From Thermoproteota archaeon (lineage in GTDB: Archaea; Thermoproteota; Nitrososphaeria; Nitrososphaerales; Nitrososphaeraceae): DNA of 26,531 nt. How positions within the stretch are numbered: the stretch's first letter is position 1; each line of letters starts with the position of its first letter. The notes beneath the pieces were generated by a model. The model was not told the DNA's origin. It worked only from the letters and a program-made list of their open reading frames with translations, and did no database searches. Made by a program: the position numbers and the translations under genes. Positions 18,710-26,531 of the stretch are shown in pieces. The stretch lies in assembly GCA_046733815.1 (NCBI GenBank), contig JBKPPX010000296.1, positions 1-26,531 on the forward strand, in the 5' to 3' direction.

Positions 18710-19240
18710 CTATGCAGATGCCAGCCTAAGTCGCTTTGCCATCTTCAGTCTTGCATCAATCACATTGATTTGTTCTTCTAAAAGTTTCTTATATCCAATT
18801 AATAGTCGCTCTTGTTCGCCATAGCGTTCTTTTCGTATATCGGTCATTATATTTTCAAAAACAGTGATTATGCTTTCAATATTGTCTCCCAGCTTCTGGA
18901 TGTCACGTGCATCTTTTCTAATATCGAGGTTAACTGTTTGAGCGGCTTCGGCCTTTAAATCTGTAGTTTTTTCATAACTTATAGCCTTTGCTTTTTGGCC
19001 CAGATATATAATCAAATCTTTCAAGGATTGTCCAGCATCCTTTGCTTTGGCGGAGAGCGATTCTTCTTCAGAAGAGGGTTTTATCTCAGAACTCTTATAT
19101 TCTACCTTTGAAGGAGTTGCTAGTATCATTTTATCCTCACCATGACTTGGAGGCAAAGAGTCGTTAGTGGTATTTGAAATACGTTCTTCTTTTATATGCT
19201 TCCTCTGAGACTCTATAGCATTATCTTCGTCATTACTCAC
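18710..19240 (-). CDS. Hypothetical protein, charged/coiled-coil
   Basis: 176-aa GTG ORF; disordered N-half, helical C-half. Confidence 0.7.
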   Translation of the reverse strand: MSNDEDNAIESQRKHIKEERISNTTNDSLPPSHGEDKMILATPSKVEYKSSEIKPSSEEESLSAKAKDAGQSLKDLIIYLGQKAKAISYEKTTDLKAEAAQTVNLDIRKDARDIQKLGDNIESIITVFENIMTDIRKERYGEQERLLIGYKKLLEEQINVIDARLKMAKRLRLASA

Positions 19241-19647
19241 GCTCTATTAAAGTATCTAATACTTATAAGAAGTTCATATCTGCTTTCTTGATTACGAGAG
19301 ACTTCAATAATCGATAACGCCTTAGATACTACAGGCGCATACTAACTGAGGACGCTATTTAATGGTGTGATTCCTATTATAATCAATTTGCGCGGCTATA
19401 TGAGATTATCAAAATATAATATGTACTCTCCACTGCAAGCTGAGTTTACTAATCCGCGTTGTATTAGATTTACTATAATCTTTCTCTTTATACCTTTCAT
19501 GATCTCTGATCTAAGCCATAGATGGGGCACAATTTTTTCTAAAAACGATAAAATTAGGCCTTAAGATCTGATGATGATAAAAGTAATATCAACAGCAACA
19601 CGCCAGATAAAAATTTATATAGCTTGTGTCAGGCCAATGTGTAAGAC

Positions 19648-19932
19648 ATGAACAAAAACAATCAAACAAACAATATAACCCTGTCTTCATCTGTCATCTA
19701 CGCAGTACTAATCGTGTCATCCTTATATGTAATCAGTAATGGCGTATTGGCAACTACTGCAGCAGCGCAAAATATGACTGGCGAAAATGCAACTGGTACC
19801 GAGTTTATGGGAAGCACTGTTAACACAACTAATGCTACTTCTTCACCTCAAGGCTCAATGGGAATGTCAGGTGTGACTGAACTCACTCAGGGTAACATGA
19901 CAACAGGTAACTCTAGTAGTCCAACTCCATAA
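19648..19932 (+). CDS. Small secreted low-complexity (T/S/G/N/M) protein
   Basis: Hydrophobic signal segment ending AAAQ, then six N-x-S/T sequons. Confidence 0.7.
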   Translation: MNKNNQTNNITLSSSVIYAVLIVSSLYVISNGVLATTAAAQNMTGENATGTEFMGSTVNTTNATSSPQGSMGMSGVTELTQGNMTTGNSSSPTP

Positions 19933-20414
19933 TATTGTATCAAAGTCGAAGATGGCATCCAATAATCTTTTTTATACTTATTTTCCGTCCAAATCATGGA
20001 AAGTTCTATGTCGGTTAAAATAATTCATTTCATACTCTGACAGTGTATTAGATCTCGAGCCTATTCTTGCGAGAATTCAAACATCAAATTATTGCTCGGA
20101 AAGCAAGCCAACAGGGATATGCAATGGCCCAAATTACATTACTAAGGTAAAGAGAAACTGCGAAACGATAATCAAATAGAGCAATCAAAGCTTCTAATGC
20201 TATATCAACCACTACGAATAGAAGTAAATGATAGACTTGCAATAATCTTGTAACATCTGGTATGAAATATGATTGATAGTCAATACCGTTGTTAATTATG
20301 TATTTCTTTGGTATTTTGATAATAGGCAAAAAATAAAAAACACCAGACTAGCCAATCAAAACTTGATCCCAGAATCCTGCACTTGCTCATGCTGGCCGCC
20401 TTTAGAAGTTGCGA

Positions 20415-20729
20415 TCACTTCATTCTAACTTTAATAATATCAGTATGATCTTCTAATCCAATTTTCAGCCTGAAGCGCAGCCATCTCCATGAACTTACAG
20501 CAGTACTTATAATTTTGCCAGCTTTGAGTTCATCAAATGCTTGGTTAACCTGATCGAATTTATATTTTCCACAGACCACTGATTGAATTTTTCCAGACCT
20601 TGCCAGAGCGACTAGGTTCACCAAATCGGCAAACTTATTCCTGTGCGCACGTATCCTCAGTTGCTTTCTAAATAAATTGATAGCTAATGTTCTATCTAAA
20701 AAAATATCTGAAATGCAAGAACTTGGCAA
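20415..20729 (-). pseudogene. C-terminal remnant of a Zn-dependent (MDR) alcohol dehydrogenase
   Basis: FADLVNLVALARSGKIQSVV..KYKFDQVNQAFDELKAGKII..AV matches the C-terminus of MDR ADHs; the catalytic N-terminal three quarters are absent. Confidence 0.7.
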
Positions 20730-20742
20730 GCACTTAGCTATA

Positions 20743-20750
20743 TTTATAAG
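20743..20750 (+). promoter_or_regulatory. TATA box of the C/D sRNA
   Basis: TTTATAAG ending 21 nt before the sRNA terminal stem. Confidence 0.6.
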
Positions 20751-20771
20751 AATAATTTGCTTGAGATTTAA

Positions 20772-20859
20772 GGGATGCTGATGAAGATTCGGAAGAGCCG
20801 ACTGATGAGTAGTAATTAAACTAGCAAATGACGAGGATTATGAGTTCCTGAGGCATCTC
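20772..20859 (+). ncRNA. Dual-guide box C/D methylation-guide sRNA
   Basis: Terminal stem GGGATGC/GCATCTC; C box TGATGA 20779-84; D' CTGA 20802-05; internal hairpin TAGT/ACTA; C' ATGACGA 20828-34; D CTGA 20848-51; both guides match recognisable RNA targets. Confidence 0.88.
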
Positions 20860-21229
20860 ATTATAAATAGGACTAGATTCATACTAACAAAGACAACTAA
20901 GGACAGACCAGAAAAAAGGAAGAATTAGAACTAATTCCTTTGGGCTACAATTAGTCAACAGATAACACAGTTATTAATTACAAGATTATGCAAAATAAAT
21001 TTCAAGAATCCAGCGTTTGAATTATCTGCTGTAGTAGACATGAAAAACACATATTATTATAGCAAATAAACGGGACCTCCTTATCTATTATTATGTCAAA
21101 GGGCATAAGTGACGATAAATTTATGAATTATACTTTATAAAGAAAATTTCTTTATTACTTTAAAATAGGGTTTATTTTTGTATAACACATTGAGGAACTG
21201 ATCTAATCTAATGAGATCCAGACAAATAA

Positions 21230-21370
21230 GATAATAATCACCTCGTAAAATACTTCTACAAGAACATGATGGCATTAGATATTCTGAATATTGGACAGGT
21301 AGTCAGACAAACAGAAGACAACATCGTTATATCTAGTCAATACAATTATAGTTTTAATGTCCCAGATTAG
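21230..21370 (+). pseudogene. Possible remnant of a small beta-barrel (PRC-like) hypothetical gene
   Basis: Open frame YKNMMALDILNIGQVVRQTEDNIVISS..YSFNVP looks protein-like but is preceded by an in-frame stop. Confidence 0.3.
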
Positions 21371-21527
21371 AGATAGATAAAACAAATAGATAGGTATGAA
21401 TATTATATTAAACATAGAATATATGGAATTATTGAAGTATAAAGTAGATAGGATGCATCATTATCTACATTAGAACTCTTCCTGCTTGGTCTAATAAAAT
21501 ATAGGTGCGAGCGCATATTTGGTAATT

Positions 21528-22772
21528 TCAATTCGGTCGCAGAGCTTCAATAGGTGTAACTCTTGACGCTTTCCAAGCAGGAAGAATCCCTGCTACTATA
21601 CTAAGTCCAACAGAAATTAGCCACACAGTAATCATATCAAGCGGAAGATAGACAGGATCAAGGGGTGGACCGTTTCCAGGACCAGCCCTGGTTAATAAGT
21701 AGCCACCGCCAACACCAGCTAGTAAGCCAAGTGTCGCTCCCATAATACCAATTATCAAAGCTTCAGCTAAAAAAAGAGCAAGAATATTACTTTTCTGTGC
21801 ACCAAGAGCCTTCAAGGTTCCAATTTCTCGTATTCTCTCGATAACTGATGTATAGAGTGTTGTAACTATTCCAACCGCACCAACAATCAATGAGATAACA
21901 GCAATACTTAATAGAAATGCATTAATTCCTCCAGTAAATTCTTGAACTGTCTTTAATATGGCTTTGACAGTGGTGATTCCTATATCATTACCATAAAGAC
22001 TTCTGATTTCCTCTTCTACTACATCTACAAATTCACTTGACTGAGCTACTACGAATAATGAATCAAACTTACCTGATTTTTGAAGGAAGGCATTTCCTGC
22101 ATTGGTATTGATGATGACAGAGTTATCTATTGTAGGATTTCCAGTAGCTTTCATAACTCCTGTTACAACATAATTCTTTGATTCTTCTTGAGACTCGCCT
22201 GTTTTGTCGTCTACAAAGGAATATTTTGCTCTGACACTCTGCCCTAAACTTATAAAGGGTGTTGTTTCCCCGGGTGGATTGGCCACGTTCTCAGCTACAA
22301 CCATGGCAGAAGGATCATTTTGTCTTAAGCTGGAACCGTCTACAAGTTCCAGTGTTGGAGCAATTACAAATATCTTTTGAGGATCTATGGATAAAACTGA
22401 GTTGTTTTTGGACTCACCCTGAGACTCTAAGGTGATTTCTGCTTGATATGAGGGAATGACCTCATCTATAAATGGAAGCGATCTTAGCCTTTCAATCACA
22501 GCAGCATTTAATGTTATTTTTGGTGCGGTTGGAGTTCCTGCTCCCCCTACCGGTGGACCATTCTGTGCTTGCTGTACACTGCTTACGAATAGTATATTTG
22601 GTGCGAGATTATTAAATTGATTGCTAAAAAACTTTTCGAATCCTGCACCGAATCCATTAACTGCAATCAACAAACTGCTCCCTGCCATAACCATCAAAAT
22701 AGTAAGTATAGATCTTACTTTTCGTTCCTTAAGGGCATCAAGCGATAGTATGAATACTTCTCTAATATCCAT
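21528..22772 (-). CDS. ABC transporter permease, MacB/FtsX family
   Basis: RKVRSILTILMV, large extracellular loop, SVIERIREIGTLKALGA, PAWKASRVTPIEALR. Confidence 0.94.
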   Translation of the reverse strand: MDIREVFILSLDALKERKVRSILTILMVMAGSSLLIAVNGFGAGFEKFFSNQFNNLAPNILFVSSVQQAQNGPPVGGAGTPTAPKITLNAAVIERLRSLPFIDEVIPSYQAEITLESQGESKNNSVLSIDPQKIFVIAPTLELVDGSSLRQNDPSAMVVAENVANPPGETTPFISLGQSVRAKYSFVDDKTGESQEESKNYVVTGVMKATGNPTIDNSVIINTNAGNAFLQKSGKFDSLFVVAQSSEFVDVVEEEIRSLYGNDIGITTVKAILKTVQEFTGGINAFLLSIAVISLIVGAVGIVTTLYTSVIERIREIGTLKALGAQKSNILALFLAEALIIGIMGATLGLLAGVGGGYLLTRAGPGNGPPLDPVYLPLDMITVWLISVGLSIVAGILPAWKASRVTPIEALRPN

Positions 22773-22797
22773 TAGTCTCTATCCTCTCTTTCCTTGA

Positions 22798-24783
22798 TTA
22801 GTCATTTTGACTTTTTTTATCATTTGGTCCACTTAGAAGAGAATGAATATCCTCTTCTCCTTCCTCGTTCTTTATGCTATTCCTGCCTGACCCTAAGATC
22901 TTGGAAAGTTTTGATTTTGATCTTCGTTTTTTGAGCACAAATATAGTCACTATTATTATAATAGCGACTGCCAGTATTATCAATATAAAAATTATAGACG
23001 AATTCTTTGTATTGTCCTTACTAATATTACCGATTGCAAAGATGCTTTGTCCTTCGTGAGTTGTTTGTTGTATAGGTTTGAAGTCGACTGATCCATTCAT
23101 TGTTATTTCGTGGAGTATTCTTAGGTCGTCTCTATATGCAACTCTAAGATGTACAGGATATGTACCAGCTTTAGTACCGTTCTCTATCGTAAGTGGAATG
23201 CTGAAAGGTAGAGGAGAATTTTCTGAAAGATCACCAAGATACTGTTGGGAGGGAAATTGTTTAACAAGGCTTTTTTCTTTTGAGAATGGAGATTTGATCA
23301 TCTCTACAGTGGTAAAAAGCGCAACAGTATTTCCTTCATTTAAGAGATTTCCAACAAGGTTTGGCCTATTACCTATAATATTAATGTCAAGATCGTATAA
23401 TTTTACGGTGATTTCTCCCTCTACATAAGATCCTATGAGAATAGTCTCTGTTTTTGATTGCTCGTCTGACACATATTGTATCTTTACTGAAAATTGTATT
23501 GGCTTACCAATAACATCTTCTGATGCAAAGACAGTGCTAGATAGATTCAGTTCAGATGCTGGCATCAAGTTCTCAAACATCCATTTCGAGTTTCCAAGAA
23601 TTTTAACTGTATCTGTCTGCGAGGCAAGAGTGATCACTAGATCGGCTACCGGTTGTTTGCCTTCGTTGGCAACGGTGAAGCCGATATTTTGGATCTTTCC
23701 TGCTTTTAGAAAAATGGAAGAATTTTGGTTATTCGAAGAGAGACCTGGCTTAGCATTTAAAATTGATTGTGGAACTTTCGCAGATATGATAAAGCCTACT
23801 GATTCATCAGAGCTCTTTATGTTACCATAAGCGTCTGCATATGATATGTGAAGAGCAAGATTCTGCACGGTCTCAGCAGCTGAGTTACTTGGATAAAGTA
23901 ATGGATTTATGTCGGCTGTTCCGTTAGTAGGAATAACACCAATATCAAAGGTACTATTTCCTATATTTACCAGTGAAATAGATTCTGTTGCACCACCTCC
24001 ATCATCAGCAATAGATGACAAATTCGTACTAGAAGGAGAATCACTTGCACTAGTAGCCCCGTCGACTGAAACTATGACACCGCTAGCGTTTGCAGTACCC
24101 TTATTCTTAATACTTATCTTGACTGTGTTAGAAGAGCCTGGAATCAAATGATTATTTTCTGATAATACATCTAAAACTACCTTTCCCGTTATACGAAAAG
24201 GTATTGCAATATCTTTTACTGTAATTTGTCCGGTTTCGAGCACCTTAGAGTATATCAGATCAAGTGAAGCAGTGTACCACCCTACACCTGCATTGCTTAA
24301 TACATTCATATCAAAATAAAGAGTAAACGTGTCTCCCGATTTGACAATTGAATTATAACTGTCTACTGAATAATGTAAAGACTCTGATGTATTATTACGT
24401 ATGTCATGTGGTATTAATCCAATGGCATTGAAGCCAGGTGGGAGACTCAAATATCCTTTCACTGCAGTAATATCAGAGCGAGCTTTGTTAACTAGAACTA
24501 CGGCAAGTGTAGCCGCGCCTTCTCCCGGACCAACTTCCCTCTTGACAGGATCATTAGTGCTAGTGTTAGATGAAGATATTGCATTATTGTCTGTCCAGTA
24601 GGAGTCTTGGAAAGCAGGGTCTTTATCAGTCTGAGCATTTGCATTTGTCATTGTCCAAGCAGAGGGAAGCAATAACATTGTACTGACAAGAAAATAAACA
24701 AGGAGTGTCGATGATTTTTTTGTTTGACAAGATATTGTATGCCGCTGCTGATGTTTTTTGTAAATAAATGCTATATTCATCAT
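22798..24783 (-). CDS. COG1361-type S-layer-domain membrane-anchored protein
   Basis: Signal peptide, repeated Ig-like beta units (IKNKGTANA, VANEGKQ, LLNEGNT, PSQQYLGDL), C-terminal TM helix followed by KKRR. Confidence 0.85.
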   Translation of the reverse strand: MMNIAFIYKKHQQRHTISCQTKKSSTLLVYFLVSTMLLLPSAWTMTNANAQTDKDPAFQDSYWTDNNAISSSNTSTNDPVKREVGPGEGAATLAVVLVNKARSDITAVKGYLSLPPGFNAIGLIPHDIRNNTSESLHYSVDSYNSIVKSGDTFTLYFDMNVLSNAGVGWYTASLDLIYSKVLETGQITVKDIAIPFRITGKVVLDVLSENNHLIPGSSNTVKISIKNKGTANASGVIVSVDGATSASDSPSSTNLSSIADDGGGATESISLVNIGNSTFDIGVIPTNGTADINPLLYPSNSAAETVQNLALHISYADAYGNIKSSDESVGFIISAKVPQSILNAKPGLSSNNQNSSIFLKAGKIQNIGFTVANEGKQPVADLVITLASQTDTVKILGNSKWMFENLMPASELNLSSTVFASEDVIGKPIQFSVKIQYVSDEQSKTETILIGSYVEGEITVKLYDLDINIIGNRPNLVGNLLNEGNTVALFTTVEMIKSPFSKEKSLVKQFPSQQYLGDLSENSPLPFSIPLTIENGTKAGTYPVHLRVAYRDDLRILHEITMNGSVDFKPIQQTTHEGQSIFAIGNISKDNTKNSSIIFILIILAVAIIIIVTIFVLKKRRSKSKLSKILGSGRNSIKNEEGEEDIHSLLSGPNDKKSQND

Positions 24784-24786
24784 ACT

Positions 24787-25527
24787 TTAGTTGATAGCCT
24801 CTTTCTCTATTATTCCATCCTTTAGGTGGATAATCCTATCAGTTTCTTTGGAAAGATCAGGATTATGGGTCACCATTATTATAGTCCTCTTAAACTTGTT
24901 TGAAAGCATCTTTAATAAATTAAAAACATCCTGTCCTGTCTTGGTATCGAGATTACCAGTAGGTTCGTCTGCAAGAATAACTGCAGGATTATTCATAATA
25001 GCTCTTGCTATTGCTACTCTCTGCTGTTGTCCGCCACTTAGATTAGAAGGGGTTGATTTGGCCTTCTCTTGTATTCCGAGAATATCTAATAACTTTAATG
25101 CACGGGCAATCCTTTCATTCTTTTTTGTTCCAGCCAATATTCCTGGAATTTCAACATTCTTCAAAACAGTCGTTCTGTTAATTAAATTGTAGGATTGAAA
25201 TATAAATCCTATTAGATTGTTCCTCAGTAGAGCAATTTCATAATCATCTAGTGAAAAAATATCTATATTTTTTAAGTAGATCTTGCCCACGGTAGGTCTA
25301 TCTAAAGCTCCCAGAATGTTCAATAAAGTTGATTTTCCACTGCCAGAGGGTCCCACGATAGAAACAAATTCGCCTTTCTTTATTCTAAAGTTAACATTAT
25401 TAAGCACAACAATACCACCCGCAGGTGAATCAAAAACCTTAGATATGTTTTCAACGCTTAAGATGTATGCATCTCTCTCATCATTATTCCAGTTATTTGT
25501 CTTGTTATTATTAGTCATCTGTACCAT
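24787..25527 (-). CDS. ABC transporter ATPase, LolD/MacB family
   Basis: [51 protein letters not shown]. Confidence 0.96.
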   Translation of the reverse strand: MVQMTNNNKTNNWNNDERDAYILSVENISKVFDSPAGGIVVLNNVNFRIKKGEFVSIVGPSGSGKSTLLNILGALDRPTVGKIYLKNIDIFSLDDYEIALLRNNLIGFIFQSYNLINRTTVLKNVEIPGILAGTKKNERIARALKLLDILGIQEKAKSTPSNLSGGQQQRVAIARAIMNNPAVILADEPTGNLDTKTGQDVFNLLKMLSNKFKRTIIMVTHNPDLSKETDRIIHLKDGIIEKEAIN

Positions 25528-26442
25528 GACCCTTTTTTTGTCTATACACTATTTGATGTCCTTAATTTAATTAATTTAGAATGTATTTCTGTTTTTCATT
25601 TGTTTTGCTGATCTTCGTAGCAACTACTGAACTCTTACATACTTGTAAATTAAAGTCGATTACTAAATCAACGTCAGCATAATCAAAACAGTTTTCTCTT
25701 TTTCTTACTACTAAATTATCCTTAGTCATCTCGAAATATATATCATATCCTCTGTCATTATTGATAAAAATTCTTCGTCCAATATTCTGACTTTTATGTT
25801 ATTTGGTTCGCCATGAACCTGGTTGCGGCTGGCTATGTCACGACGTTGCGATAGCCTCCACTACTGCCATAAAGGATAATAGTTTTGTATACAACATAAC
25901 ATTATCACGTACTCCTCAATCTGTGTTATTAAACATCTCAAAAGTCAATCAATAAAAGGAAAATCGTTTCAATGTTTCCGGAAATAGTAGTCATCTCCAA
26001 AGGAGACAAAAAAGGGTTTTGAATTTTTCTATTTGCTAATTTCGTTAAATATTAAATATCACTAAAGCCAGTTCATTGCTTATCATTTTGTTGTCAAACC
26101 CATAAATGTTATGTATTTCTCGACCCATGCTGAACTAATTAATATAAATTGCATCTATTTTTAGGTGGAAAAGCTATTTTGATAAGACAAATTATTTCTC
26201 TGAATGCAATAATCTCTAGATCTCTTATCATTAACATTGATGTTCTTAGAGCACTTTGACAAGACTATTTCTTAATTAATCTTTATTCAACGAGTGAAAA
26301 GATATTAATTGATTTAATCAGATCGACATTCATACAGACATAAGTTAAATCATTGTCAGTATTTTTTCTACTATATTGTCGTCATACATTGTCTAACAGT
26401 CTTTTATTAAAAAATTCAAACATAAAAAAGTAGGTCAATGAT

Positions 26443-26531
26443 ATGAAGAATAGATCCGAGATAGAAATCATGGCTGCCATATTGCGTTGTGCAACAGCTA
26501 ATTGGGAATATAAAACTACTATTATGAATAA
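26443..26531 (+). CDS. Winged-helix DNA-binding protein, N-terminal part (truncated by window end)
   Basis: MKNRSEIEIMAAILRCA....YKTTIMN resembles the R-S-x-x-E-I...IL......KT.IM start of archaeal wHTH regulators. Confidence 0.7.
   Translation, partial: MKNRSEIEIMAAILRCATANWEYKTTIMN

Noticed and set aside
19367-19564. 65-aa ORF
   Set aside because: Composition looks like translated AT-rich intergenic DNA
21265-21290. ATGATGG-11 nt-CTGA (C/D-like)
   Set aside because: Imperfect C box, no C'/D pair, no terminal stem
2761-25570. Many short opposite-strand or alternate-frame ORFs (e.g. 2761-2997, 3758-3988, 5997-6251, 8734-8919, 10749-11211, 17571-18293, 22874-25570)
   Set aside because: They lie wholly inside well-supported genes and show no motifs, so they are shadow ORFs
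25528-26440. 900-bp ORF-free region searched for RNA genes, IS ends and repeats
   Set aside because: No tRNA, C/D boxes, terminal repeats or transposase remnants recognised

Overview
AT-rich archaeal DNA, most consistent with an ammonia-oxidising archaeon of the soil Nitrososphaerales type. This is inferred from the AOA-type nirK, short archaeal purA, aIF-5A, intron-containing tRNA, C2H2 Zn-finger gene and TTG-rich, apparently leaderless starts. Bases 1-19 are a Tn5/Nextera adapter. Gene order: uppS, NUDIX hydrolase, pyrF (start codon apparently missing), hypotheticals, purA, YggX-like protein, nirK, two divergent Zn-finger genes, a non-canonical P-II, aIF-5A, a WtpABC-type tungstate/molybdate ABC transporter, a GT2 glycosyltransferase, hemB, tRNA-Tyr(GTA) with two introns (37/38 and T-loop 58/59), an SSADH-type aldehyde dehydrogenase, a decayed AT-rich zone, a COG1361 + MacB/FtsX-type ABC operon, and a truncated wHTH gene. 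The best non-ORF finding is a complete dual-guide box C/D sRNA at 20772-20859 with its own TATA box. One guide matches the 23S rRNA peptidyl-transferase region (C2510 equivalent). The other matches the anticodon arm of elongator tRNA-Met. No database searches were run, so family calls rest on motifs recognised by eye.
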